Below the pieces are notes generated by a model, which was not told the DNA's origin, did not search any database, and saw nothing but the letters and a program-made list of their open reading frames with translations. Below, one piece after another: positions 1 through 9,259 of a stretch of 28,667 bases of DNA. The translations under genes were made by a program, and so were the position numbers. Within the stretch, counting starts at the first letter, position 1. The number at the start of each line of letters is the position of its first letter. This DNA comes from Clostridia bacterium (lineage in GTDB: Bacteria > Bacillota > Clostridia > UMGS1883), in contig JBJDXJ010000053.1 of assembly GCA_051866635.1 (NCBI GenBank), positions 1-28,667 on the forward strand, read 5' to 3'.

Positions 1-253
1 CCAGTTTTTGCGTTTCCACAGGCCTTTTTTCACATGCTTTTATAATACCTGACAACACTTTATTCCTATCAAAAGGCTCACGGGTCAAATCTTTCTTTAT
101 AACCATAATGGGGATGCTTTCCACCTTTTCATATGTGGTGAAACGCCTTCCACATTCAATACATTCCCGTCTGCGTCTTATGGAAGAACCTTCCTCGGTA
201 GGCCTTGAGTCAATTACTTTGCTGTCTGCAAAATCACAAAAAGGACATCTCAT
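1..253 (-). CDS. nrdR: Transcriptional repressor NrdR (3' part runs off the window)
   Basis: Not in the ORF track. Manual translation from ATG at 253 gives [42 protein letters not shown]...[16 protein letters not shown], the NrdR zinc-ribbon/RRRREC signature followed by an ATP-cone start. GGAGG RBS upstream. Confidence 0.95.
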   Translation of the reverse strand, partial: MRCPFCDFADSKVIDSRPTEEGSSIRRRRECIECGRRFTTYEKVESIPIMVIKKDLTREPFDRNKVLSGIIKACEKRPVETQKL

Positions 254-267
254 ACAAAATCCTCCAA

Positions 268-708
268 TTATCTCTTTTCAAGAGCCATGATTTTATCAAC
301 ACGTCTCTGGTGGCGACCGCCTTCAAACTCGGCATCCATATAGGCATCAACAATCTTCAATGCCAACTCACCAGATGTTGTTCTTCCCCCAAGAGAGATA
401 ATGTTGGCATTATTGTGCTGTTTTGCAAGGGCGGCAGTTTCAGGTGAGTGACAAAGGGCACATCTGATACCGTTTATCTTATTTGCGGCAATGGAAATTC
501 CTATTCCTGTTCCGCAACATACAATACCGAAATCAACACCGCCGTTTAAAACGGCATCTGCACATTTTACGGCATAATCACTGTAGTCAACACTGTCTGC
601 GGTATCTGTGCCTAAATTTATAACTTCGCATCCTTTCTTCAAAAGATGGTCGATTATAACCCCCTTAAGTTCAAAACCGCCATGGTCTGCTGCAATTGCT
701 ATTTTCAT
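268..708 (-). CDS. rpiB: Ribose-5-phosphate isomerase B
   Basis: Motifs IAADHGG, DY, CGTGIG, ANK, HNNAN, GGR and [10 protein letters not shown]. Confidence 0.95.
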   Translation of the reverse strand: MKIAIAADHGGFELKGVIIDHLLKKGCEVINLGTDTADSVDYSDYAVKCADAVLNGGVDFGIVCCGTGIGISIAANKINGIRCALCHSPETAALAKQHNNANIISLGGRTTSGELALKIVDAYMDAEFEGGRHQRRVDKIMALEKR

Positions 709-1403
709 ATTTCTCCATTCCTTTCTTCTCTTTCTCTTTCGGCTTGGGATTTTCTTAAATATATAACCTCCAACGCCTCGGGAGATAAATAATCCTTCTT
801 ATCTGCTAAATGTGCTGCGTATGCTATTGATGAAGCCTTTTGAAGCATAAGCTGAGGCGGGGCAAAAATAGCATTTTCACAGCATAATTCAATTATTTTT
901 TCCTTGTAAACATTACATCCGTCACCCACAAAATAGGTAGGTTCAGTTATCGACTGACACAATTCTTCGATAGATAAAGCCCTTGGTGCTTCAATTTCCT
1001 CAGGTACACCGTTTTTAAAGGTGTATATTGCGTTGTAAACCTGAGAACGTCTTGCATCCATGATGGGGCATATTGGTTTATTTTCAACTATCGAAAGGTT
1101 GTATGCAAGAGATAAAAGTGTATTCATGCCAAATACAGGCTTGTCCAATGCGTAAGCTAATCCCTTTACAGCACTTACACCGATGCGTATACCTGTGAAA
1201 GAACCGGGGCCCTGACTTACAGCATACAAATCAATATCTTTTGCCGAAAGATTAACACTTTTTAATGCATAGTCAATCATGGGCATAAGAGTTTCTGAAT
1301 GAGTAAGCGAATTTGTTATGTTGTTTTCAAAAACACTGACACCGTCTTTCATAATTGACACTGTGGCAGTCAATGCAGATGTGTCAACTGCGAGTATGTT
1401 CAT
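705..1403 (-). CDS. tsaB: tRNA threonylcarbamoyladenosine biosynthesis protein TsaB
   Basis: Motifs ILAVDTS, HSETL, GPGSFTGIRIG, DARRSQVY and C-terminal YLRKSQAERE. Adjacent to tsaE. Confidence 0.95.
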   Translation of the reverse strand: MNILAVDTSALTATVSIMKDGVSVFENNITNSLTHSETLMPMIDYALKSVNLSAKDIDLYAVSQGPGSFTGIRIGVSAVKGLAYALDKPVFGMNTLLSLAYNLSIVENKPICPIMDARRSQVYNAIYTFKNGVPEEIEAPRALSIEELCQSITEPTYFVGDGCNVYKEKIIELCCENAIFAPPQLMLQKASSIAYAAHLADKKDYLSPEALEVIYLRKSQAEREREERNGEI

Positions 1404-1822
1404 TAACTATCAAGTCCTTCTACAGTAATTTCCCGTTCGCCTTCATTTTCCGTGTACTCAATTCTTACAACAATTTTGTCGGCGGGAAGATATTCCATAA
1501 ATTTATTCGGCCATTCAATAAGTGAAATGCCTTCCTCGATTTCATCCTCAAATCCTATGTCACAAAGCTCATCATAATCTTCGGCACGGTACAAATCATA
1601 ATGATTTATAACTTCCTTACCGAAATATTTCATCTGTATTGTGAAAGTGGGGGATGCAACACCTTTTTCAACGCCGAAGAAACGGGAAAATCCTCTTGTA
1701 AATGCAGTTTTGCCTGCACCAAGATTTCCTATGAGGCATATAACACGGGGGGCATTAATTTTAGTTGCCAGATTATATGCAAAATTTTCAGTTTCCTCCA
1801 CGCTTTTTGAAACAAATTTCAT
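1403..1822 (-). CDS. tsaE: tRNA threonylcarbamoyladenosine biosynthesis ATPase TsaE
   Basis: P-loop GNLGAGKT, plus SPTF, HYDLYR and IEWP motifs. Confidence 0.95.
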   Translation of the reverse strand: MKFVSKSVEETENFAYNLATKINAPRVICLIGNLGAGKTAFTRGFSRFFGVEKGVASPTFTIQMKYFGKEVINHYDLYRAEDYDELCDIGFEDEIEEGISLIEWPNKFMEYLPADKIVVRIEYTENEGEREITVEGLDS

Positions 1823-1834
1823 CTTATCAATCCT

Positions 1835-3502
1835 TTAGAAAAGGCCTGTAATAACGCCATTTTCGTCAATGTCAATGTTATTTGCCGCAGGAACTTTAGG
1901 AAGACCGGGCATTGTCATAATATCACCTGTCATAAATACCACAAATCCGGCACCTGCAGAAAGGCGTACTTCCTTAACAGTAATTCTGAAACCTTTCGGA
2001 CGGGATAAAAGTGTGGGATTGTCAGAAAGGGAATACTGAGTCTTTGCGGTACAAATGGGTAAGTTTACATATCCGTGCTGTGTTATTTCATCAATGGCTT
2101 TTCTTGCGGCGGGAAGATAATCAACGCCGTCTGCACCGTAGATTTCCTTTGCAATCTTTTCAAACTTGTTATAATAAGTATCCTCAAGGTCGTAAAGAGG
2201 CTTGAAATCGGAGGGTTCTTCCAAGGCTTCAAGAACCTTTTGTGCCAATTCTTCGCCACCTTCGCCGCCTTTTGCAAACACTTCGGACAGAGCAAACTTA
2301 GCGCCCATGTTTTCACAAGCTGTTTTAATAGCCTCAAGCTCTGCATCTGTGTCCTGTGGGAAACGGTTAATTGCAACAACAACAGGAAGATTAAACTTCT
2401 TAATGTTTTCAATATGCTTTTCAAGGTTGGGAAGACCCTTTAAGAGTGCATCAACGTTTTCATTTGAAACTTCAGTCTTGGGAACACCACCGTTATACTT
2501 AAGTGCACGGCATGTTGCAACCAAAACTACTGCATCCGACTTAAGATTTCCCATTCTGCACTTGATGTCAAAGAACTTTTCGGCACCTAAGTCTGCACCG
2601 AAACCGGCTTCTGTAACAACATAATCACCAAGCTTTAACGCAAGGCGTGTTGCCTGAATACTGTTACAGCCGTGTGCAATATTTGCGAAGGGACCGCCGT
2701 GCATGATACAGGGGGTATGCTCCAATGTCTGAATAAGATTTGGCTTAATGGCATCTTTAAGAAGTACGGTCATAGCACCTTGTGCGTTCAAATCTGATGC
2801 TTTAACAGGCAATCCTTCATAATTATAACCAACAATAATTTCACCAAGGCGACTCTTCAGATCATTAATATCATTTGCAAGGCACAAAATTGCCATAATT
2901 TCCGATGCAACTGTAATCATAAAGCCGTCCTGACGAGGGAAACCGTTCAATTTTCCGCCCAAAGCTACAACGATTTCACGAAGTGCACGATCGTTCATGT
3001 CAAGAACACGTTTAAACGTTATACGTCTTGAATCTATGCCTAACTTATTTCCGTGATGGATATGGTTGTCCAAAAGGGCAGCTAAAAGGTTGTGTGCCGC
3101 AGTGATTGCGTGCATATCGCCCGTAAAATGAAGGTTGATATCCTCCATGGGAACAACCTGAGCATAGCCGCCTCCGGCAGCACCGCCCTTAATGCCCATA
3201 ACAGGACCCAGAGATGGTTCTCGCAGAGCAATTATAGCATTTTTTCCCATGCGACAAAGTGCCTGTCCCAAGCCTACTGAAGTTGTTGTCTTGCCTTCAC
3301 CCGCAGGAGTAGGGTTGATGGCTGTGGTAAGAATAAGTTTACCGTCAGGATTTGAAGAAACCCTTTTAATAAGCTCGTCAGACAATTTTGCCTTATATTT
3401 TCCGTACATTTCAAGCTCGTCAAATGAAATGCCGATTTTGGCGGCTATTTTATCAATAGTTTCCATTTTCGCACTCTGCGCAATCTGGATATCGCTAAGC
3501 AT
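1835..3502 (-). CDS. fhs: Formate--tetrahydrofolate ligase
   Basis: 555 aa. Motifs [55 protein letters not shown] and MTMPGLP. Confidence 0.97.
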   Translation of the reverse strand: MLSDIQIAQSAKMETIDKIAAKIGISFDELEMYGKYKAKLSDELIKRVSSNPDGKLILTTAINPTPAGEGKTTTSVGLGQALCRMGKNAIIALREPSLGPVMGIKGGAAGGGYAQVVPMEDINLHFTGDMHAITAAHNLLAALLDNHIHHGNKLGIDSRRITFKRVLDMNDRALREIVVALGGKLNGFPRQDGFMITVASEIMAILCLANDINDLKSRLGEIIVGYNYEGLPVKASDLNAQGAMTVLLKDAIKPNLIQTLEHTPCIMHGGPFANIAHGCNSIQATRLALKLGDYVVTEAGFGADLGAEKFFDIKCRMGNLKSDAVVLVATCRALKYNGGVPKTEVSNENVDALLKGLPNLEKHIENIKKFNLPVVVAINRFPQDTDAELEAIKTACENMGAKFALSEVFAKGGEGGEELAQKVLEALEEPSDFKPLYDLEDTYYNKFEKIAKEIYGADGVDYLPAARKAIDEITQHGYVNLPICTAKTQYSLSDNPTLLSRPKGFRITVKEVRLSAGAGFVVFMTGDIMTMPGLPKVPAANNIDIDENGVITGLF

Positions 3503-3533
3503 TTATATCGCTCCTTTTTGGTTACTTTTTCTA

Positions 3534-3563
3534 ATCATACCACAAGATATACAATCATTGCAA
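3534..3563 (-). promoter_or_regulatory. Putative sigma-A promoter of the fhs cluster
   Basis: Minus strand reads TTGCAA (3563-3558), N18, TATGAT (3539-3534), preceded by a TGn extended -10. Confidence 0.5.
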
Positions 3564-3575
3564 GATATTTTGTGC

Positions 3576-3597
3576 TTTATATTGAATTTATATTGAA
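3576..3597 (+). repeat. Perfect 11-bp tandem direct repeat TTTATATTGAA x2, candidate OmpR/PhoB-family operator
   Basis: Copies at 3576-3586 and 3587-3597. The second overlaps the -35 of the regulator promoter. Confidence 0.5.
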
Positions 3598-3621
3598 AAA
3601 AAATAATTTTACTGTTATAAT
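3593..3621 (+). promoter_or_regulatory. Sigma-A promoter of the regulator/kinase operon
   Basis: TTGAAA (3593-3598), N17, TATAAT (3616-3621) with TGn extension, 33 nt before the GTG start. Confidence 0.75.
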
Positions 3622-3654
3622 GGTACATATAAGATTTTAAAAGGACGTGTCTAT

Positions 3655-4335
3655 GTGAAAATTTTAATTGTTGACGATGAAAAGCTTCTTGTAAAAGGCA
3701 TTAAGTTCAATCTTGAGCAGGACGGTTATGATGTGGAAACGGCTTATGACGGTGAAGAAGCATTGAAAATGGCTCGTGATAAAAGCATTTCCCTGATTGT
3801 GCTTGACCTGATGCTTCCTAAAGTGGACGGCTTAACCGTGTGTCAGAAAATAAGGGAGTTTTCCCAGGTGCCTATTATTATGTTGACCGCAAAAACAGAA
3901 GATATGGACAAGATTTTAGGTCTTGATTACGGTGCAGATGATTATATGACAAAGCCTTTTAATATTTTGGAATTAAAGGCAAGAATTAAGGCTATTTTAA
4001 GAAGAAGTTCAAACAATGATATACAGGATAAAAGCAAGTATTCATCCGGCAGCATAGAACTTAATTATAATTTAAGGCGTGTAAAAGTGGGGGATAAGTT
4101 GATTGAGCTTACAGCAAAGGAATTTGACCTTTGTGAGCTTTTTGCAACAAATCCCGGCAAGGTTTATTCAAGAGAAAACCTTTTGGATATTATCTGGGGT
4201 TATGACTATCCCGGAGATGCCCGTACTGTGGATGTTCATGTGAGGAGATTGCGTGAAAAGATAGAACCGGATGCGGCAAATCCTACTTATATTTTAACAA
4301 AGTGGGGGGTTGGATACTATTTTAGGGAAAATTAA
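3655..4335 (+). CDS. OmpR/PhoB-family response regulator (WalR-like)
   Basis: Receiver motifs ILIVDDE, LDLMLP and GADDYMTKPF. Winged helix LTAKEFDL...RTVDVHVRRLREKIE...TKWGVGY. Confidence 0.95.
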   Translation: MKILIVDDEKLLVKGIKFNLEQDGYDVETAYDGEEALKMARDKSISLIVLDLMLPKVDGLTVCQKIREFSQVPIIMLTAKTEDMDKILGLDYGADDYMTKPFNILELKARIKAILRRSSNNDIQDKSKYSSGSIELNYNLRRVKVGDKLIELTAKEFDLCELFATNPGKVYSRENLLDIIWGYDYPGDARTVDVHVRRLREKIEPDAANPTYILTKWGVGYYFREN

Positions 4336-5746
4336 GTATTTCTTTTCGACAATTCGCTGTCAGCTTATTGTCACATACCTTGTTATAATTCTGTTGACTA
4401 TCAGTTTGTTCTGGTTGTATACATCAAATTCCACTACAAATTATCTTTTAAACCAAAAGAAAAATGAAGTTTTAACACAGGCAAACGTTTTGTCGGGCTA
4501 TGTTTCACAATACCAGAGCCTCAGTTCGGATACTATTTCATATCTTCTGAAACAGCAACAGCTTTCCGCAGGATCACGTGTAATTATGCTTAACAGCGAT
4601 GCAAGCATAATATACGATTCTATAAGTGAAGGCTCCTTAGTTGGAAAAACCATGCTGAAGCAATCTGTTTTAAATGCTTTGGCGGGGAATAATGTTGTAG
4701 TTTCCGAAACATCTGGTGAAGGCGAGCTTCTTGTAAGTGCGGCAGTTCCCATTATTGCCGATAAAACCATTACAGGGGCTATACTTCTTCAGTGCAGTGC
4801 AGAAAGTATAAGCGAATATACACGTCATACAACAAAAAGTGTATTTTCCCTTGCGGTAGTAGTTTCCGTTCTGGTTGCCCTGTTCGGATTTTTCCTTTCA
4901 GGTGTTATAACAAAGCCCATAAGAAAATTGACTAAGTCCGTTGTAACAATGACAGAAAACGACAATGAAGAAAAATTAGACTTAGTCCATGGTGGGGAAA
5001 TCGGTGACTTGGTGGATTCCTTTAACAAACAGATTGATAAATTGCAACTTCAGGAACAAAAGAGACAGGAGTTTGTTTCGGATGCATCCCACGAGTTGAA
5101 AACACCCCTCAGTTCAATAAAACTTATTGCAGATTCACTTATTCAGACTCCAAATGCACCTTATGAGATGGTGTCTGAATTTTTGGGAGATATGAACATT
5201 CAGGTTGACAGACTGACAAGAATAATTGATAAACTTCTTACGCTCACACGTATGGATGACGAAGGTGCTGTCAGCAGAATGGAATTTACGGTTATGGATA
5301 TAACCGAGCTTACAAAGAGTGTTTACCGTGCCTTGAAACCCTTGGCAGAATCAAAGAATATCAAAATTGAGTATGAATCCGATATCGGTATCTTTTCAAG
5401 AATTGAAAAGGACAGACTTTGGGAGGCTTTGTATAACATTCTTGATAATAGCATTAAGTACACCAAAAGCGGCGGCAGTGTAAAAATGATTGTAGAACGT
5501 GAGGACACTTGTGCCGTTATAACTATTGCCGATACAGGTATAGGTATCGCAAGCGATAAGATTTACCGTATTTTTGACAGATTTTACCGTGTGGATAAAG
5601 CCAGAGCAAGAGAAACAGGTGGCACAGGCTTAGGATTGTCCATTGCCCTTACTGCAGTTGAACTGCATGGCGGTAATATACAGGTTGAAAGTGAAGAAGG
5701 TATCGGAAGCAGATTTAAGATTATTATTCCAATTACCCTTAAATAA
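4310..5746 (+). CDS. Membrane sensor histidine kinase (2 TM, HAMP, HisKA, HATPase_c); TTG start uncertain
   Basis: H-box FVSDASHELKTPL, N-box NILDNSIKY, G1 DTGIGI, F-box IFDRFYRVD and G2 GGTGLGL. Confidence 0.95.
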   Translation: MDTILGKIKYFFSTIRCQLIVTYLVIILLTISLFWLYTSNSTTNYLLNQKKNEVLTQANVLSGYVSQYQSLSSDTISYLLKQQQLSAGSRVIMLNSDASIIYDSISEGSLVGKTMLKQSVLNALAGNNVVVSETSGEGELLVSAAVPIIADKTITGAILLQCSAESISEYTRHTTKSVFSLAVVVSVLVALFGFFLSGVITKPIRKLTKSVVTMTENDNEEKLDLVHGGEIGDLVDSFNKQIDKLQLQEQKRQEFVSDASHELKTPLSSIKLIADSLIQTPNAPYEMVSEFLGDMNIQVDRLTRIIDKLLTLTRMDDEGAVSRMEFTVMDITELTKSVYRALKPLAESKNIKIEYESDIGIFSRIEKDRLWEALYNILDNSIKYTKSGGSVKMIVEREDTCAVITIADTGIGIASDKIYRIFDRFYRVDKARARETGGTGLGLSIALTAVELHGGNIQVESEEGIGSRFKIIIPITLK

Positions 5747-5757
5747 GGAGTTTTTAT

Positions 5758-6684
5758 ATGAAGCGTTTAATTGCAGTTATATTGTGTGTGGCCACAGTGT
5801 TTTCCTTGTCGGCTTGCTTATCATCAAATAGTACTGAAAGTGAGATAAATATATATTTCAAAGGCATTTCCACTAACGATTTAGTTGTTGAGAAAGTCAA
5901 GTATACAAATTCACAAAACACTGTTGATATGGCAAATTTTGCCATGAAAAGATTAATTACAGGACCGGAAAATGACTTTTTGGCAAGCACGTTGCCCCAA
6001 GGTACGGAGTACGGGAAAATTTCTGTAAAAAATGAAATTGCAAATGTTGATTTTTCTAAAGAGTTTACTGCCTGCAGTGGTGTGGATGAGCTTATAGCAA
6101 GATTTTCTGTTGTAAGAACACTCTGTGATATCCCCGGCATTTCCGCTGTTGTTATTACAGTTGAAGGACTGCCTTTAGTATCCAATTCCACAGGCAAGGA
6201 GGTAGGTCTTATAAGTAAGAAGGACATAGTTTTAGACGTTACCACAAATGTAGATACAGAAAGCGAAACAACGCTTTTGCAACTGTACTTTGCATCATCA
6301 GATGCAACTTATTTGAAAGCTGAAACCCGTAAGGTTGTCACAGCAGATACTGTATCTATAGAAAAAACTGTTATAAATGAACTTCTTAAGGGACCATCAT
6401 CGCATGAACTTATAGCGGTAATACCCTCGGGAACAAAGCTTCACAATATTGAAACACGTGATGGAGTTTGCTATGTGAATTTCTCGAGTGATTTTGTTTC
6501 AAAATTTTCCGGAGGCACAAATACCGGTTTACTTATTGTGTATTCAATTGTAAATTCTCTTTGCAGTCTGGAAAATGTAGACAGCGTACAAATTCTTATT
6601 GAAGGCGAAAAGGGTGCAACCTTCGGTGATTTTGTGTTTGATGAACCGCTTCTTGAAAAGCAAAGTATTGTACAAAAAGATTGA
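5758..6684 (+). CDS. Lipoprotein with two GerMN domains
   Basis: Lipobox LSAC. Two repeats of L-x-GP...P-x-GT...V(D/N)FS...S(V/I)V-x-(T/S)L...V-x-I-x-(V/I)EG. AAGGAG RBS. Confidence 0.85.
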   Translation: MKRLIAVILCVATVFSLSACLSSNSTESEINIYFKGISTNDLVVEKVKYTNSQNTVDMANFAMKRLITGPENDFLASTLPQGTEYGKISVKNEIANVDFSKEFTACSGVDELIARFSVVRTLCDIPGISAVVITVEGLPLVSNSTGKEVGLISKKDIVLDVTTNVDTESETTLLQLYFASSDATYLKAETRKVVTADTVSIEKTVINELLKGPSSHELIAVIPSGTKLHNIETRDGVCYVNFSSDFVSKFSGGTNTGLLIVYSIVNSLCSLENVDSVQILIEGEKGATFGDFVFDEPLLEKQSIVQKD

Positions 6685-6696
6685 CGGAGTTTTATA

Positions 6697-7350
6697 ATGA
6701 GTAAATTTGATGTTGTATTATTTGATTTCGACGGCACAGTTGCCGATACGTCCCCGGGCATAAAGGAAGCTCTTTCGTATACTTTTAAGGTTTGCAATCT
6801 GCCTAATATGACCGATAAAGAAATGGACAGATTTATCGGTCCTCCGTTAAATGACAGCTTTGTAAAATATTGCGGTGTGACTGAGGAAAGAGCTAATGAA
6901 ATGATAGGCATTTTCAGAGGCTATTACCACACAATAGGAATAGATAAATTTATTATTTATTCTGAAATTGAAAGAGCAATCAAAATACTTAAAGAAAAGG
7001 GAATTGTGGTCGCAATTGCTACAAGTAAGCCCGAGATTATGGCAATTCATATACTTGAAAAATCGGGTTTATATCCTCTTTTCGATGTAATACAGGGTGC
7101 CACTTTAGACGGGAAGCTTGTAAAAAAAGCGGACATTATCGAACATGTTTTGAAAAAGGATGGCATAAAGAATAAATCCGTTCTGATGGTGGGCGATACC
7201 GAGTTTGACATAATCGGTGCCCATAAGAATAATGTTCCTGCTCTTTGGGTAAATTACGGCTTTGGAACGAAAACAGCCGCATTAGCTGAAAGCCCTGAAT
7301 ATATGGCAGACACACAGGAAGATATGGTTGAATTTTTCAAAAAGTTATAA
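6697..7350 (+). CDS. HAD-superfamily hydrolase (phosphoglycolate phosphatase/nucleotidase-like)
   Basis: Motif I FDFDGTVADT, motif II ATSK, motif IV MVGDTEFD. Confidence 0.88.
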   Translation: MSKFDVVLFDFDGTVADTSPGIKEALSYTFKVCNLPNMTDKEMDRFIGPPLNDSFVKYCGVTEERANEMIGIFRGYYHTIGIDKFIIYSEIERAIKILKEKGIVVAIATSKPEIMAIHILEKSGLYPLFDVIQGATLDGKLVKKADIIEHVLKKDGIKNKSVLMVGDTEFDIIGAHKNNVPALWVNYGFGTKTAALAESPEYMADTQEDMVEFFKKL

Positions 7351-7363
7351 TAGGATTGATTAT

Positions 7364-9259
7364 ATGAATTTACTTACAGTGACAAATCTCACCAAATCCT
7401 TTGGCGAGAGGGATTTATTTAAAGAAATAAGCTTTAATATAGATGAAAAATCGAAAATCGGGCTTATAGGTGCGAATGGAGTGGGAAAAACCACTCTTTT
7501 TCGCGTTATATGTGACGAAGAAGGCTACAGCGGAAATATTAACCGTAACAGCAATCTGAAGATAGGATATATGGAACAGACACCTCCCGAGGACGATAAG
7601 ACAGATGCACTTACATATGTAATGACGGTTTTTTCTCATCTTGAAGATTTGGAAAAAAGGCTTGAAGAGGTCCGCAAACAGATTGAAAATGAACATGACA
7701 ATACAGAGCTTCTTATAAACATGCAGGATAAGCTTAATAACGAATATATCGACAAGGGCGGTCTTGTTTACAAATCAAAATGCCGTTCAATGATTTTAGG
7801 CCTTGGATTTACCGAAGAAGAAATGTACCATAAGCTGTCACAGCTTTCGGGCGGTCAGCGAACAAGACTTGCACTTGCTAAGGTTTTATTGTCTGAAGCT
7901 AACCTTCTTTTGCTGGACGAGCCCACTAACCATCTTGACATTGATGCAATCGTATTTTTGGAAAACTTTTTGCGTGATTGTGACAAATCTTTTATTGTAA
8001 TAAGCCATGACAGATATTTTCTTGACAAGGTAACAAACAAAACTTTTGAATTGGAAAATGAACGCCTGACGCAATATGATGGCAATTACAGTGTTTTTGC
8101 ACAAAAGAAAAAAGCCTCCAATGATGCGGCTATGAAAAAGTATGACAATACAATGAAGGAAATTCACCGTCTTGAAGGCATGATTGAACAACAAAGAAGA
8201 TGGAACCGTGAAAAAAATATAAAAACAGCGGAGAGCAAACAGAAGGTTCTTGATAAACTGGAAAAAGGCCTTGAAAAGCCTGTTAGCCGTGAGGAAAAAG
8301 TTAAGTTTAAGTTCTCGGCAAATCTTGAAGGCGGCAACGATGTAATGATAATCAAGGACCTTGCAAAAAGTTATGGTAATAAAAAGCTTTTTGAAAACGT
8401 CAATTTACTTGTAAAGAAAAAGGAATGTGTGTTTGTTTTAGGTCCCAACGGTTGCGGAAAATCTACTTTCTATAAAATTATTAAGGGCGAGGAATTAAGC
8501 GATAAAGGCTCTGTAAAATTCGGCTCAAATATAGAGTGTGGTTTTTACGATCAGACGCGAAATGATATTTCCGAAGGAAAGACTATTATTGACGAAGTGT
8601 GGGACAGATACCCGAAAATGACACAGACACAAATAAGAAATGCTCTTGCCGCTTTCTTATTTACAGGTGATGATGTATTTAAGGAAACAGACCGTCTTTC
8701 AGGTGGCGAAAAGGCGAGAATTGCTCTTTTATGTTTGATGCTTAAGGGGTCTAATTTCATCTTGCTTGATGAACCTACAAACCATCTTGACCTTTCCTCA
8801 CGTGAAGCCTTGGAGGATGCAATCGAAGAATTTGGCGGCACTGCATTTATAATCAGTCACGACAGATATTTGATAAATAAGCTTTCCGACAAGCTGTTTG
8901 TTTTTGAAAACGGAAGTATAGTGGAATACAACTGTTCATACGATGAATACGTTGAAAGAAAAGGTTCTGTAGATAAAACTGCAAGGGAGGTTCCCCAGAC
9001 TAAAGTTGAAAAAATCAACGATTATAAGACACAGAAGGAAAAAGAACGCACCAAAAGAATACGTGCAAACAGAGTTATTAAACTTGAGGAATTAATTTCT
9101 GAAACCGAGAAAAAGATTGAAAATGTATCGGAAGACATAAATAATTGCGGCACGGATTATCAAAAACTTATGGAATTAAATGAAAACCTTGATACGTTAA
9201 ACAATGAACTATTATCATATATGGAAGAATGGGAAAAGCTCAGTGAGGAGGAAGATTAA
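7364..9259 (+). CDS. ABC-F family ribosome-associated ATPase with C-terminal coiled-coil extension
   Basis: Two NBDs (GANGVGKT/LSGGQ/LLLDEPTNHLD and GPNGCGKS/LSGGE/ILLDEPTNHLD), inter-NBD linker, no TM segments. ATG at 7364 after AGGA is preferred over the track's TTG at 7328. Confidence 0.93.
   Translation: MNLLTVTNLTKSFGERDLFKEISFNIDEKSKIGLIGANGVGKTTLFRVICDEEGYSGNINRNSNLKIGYMEQTPPEDDKTDALTYVMTVFSHLEDLEKRLEEVRKQIENEHDNTELLINMQDKLNNEYIDKGGLVYKSKCRSMILGLGFTEEEMYHKLSQLSGGQRTRLALAKVLLSEANLLLLDEPTNHLDIDAIVFLENFLRDCDKSFIVISHDRYFLDKVTNKTFELENERLTQYDGNYSVFAQKKKASNDAAMKKYDNTMKEIHRLEGMIEQQRRWNREKNIKTAESKQKVLDKLEKGLEKPVSREEKVKFKFSANLEGGNDVMIIKDLAKSYGNKKLFENVNLLVKKKECVFVLGPNGCGKSTFYKIIKGEELSDKGSVKFGSNIECGFYDQTRNDISEGKTIIDEVWDRYPKMTQTQIRNALAAFLFTGDDVFKETDRLSGGEKARIALLCLMLKGSNFILLDEPTNHLDLSSREALEDAIEEFGGTAFIISHDRYLINKLSDKLFVFENGSIVEYNCSYDEYVERKGSVDKTAREVPQTKVEKINDYKTQKEKERTKRIRANRVIKLEELISETEKKIENVSEDINNCGTDYQKLMELNENLDTLNNELLSYMEEWEKLSEEED

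Noticed and set aside
1835-3502. fhs as evidence of acetogenesis
   Set aside because: No other Wood-Ljungdahl genes occur in the window, and Fhs is widespread in non-acetogens.
3503-3533. THF or ZTP riboswitch upstream of fhs
   Set aside because: The predicted leader is under about 30 nt, too short, and has no aptamer motif.
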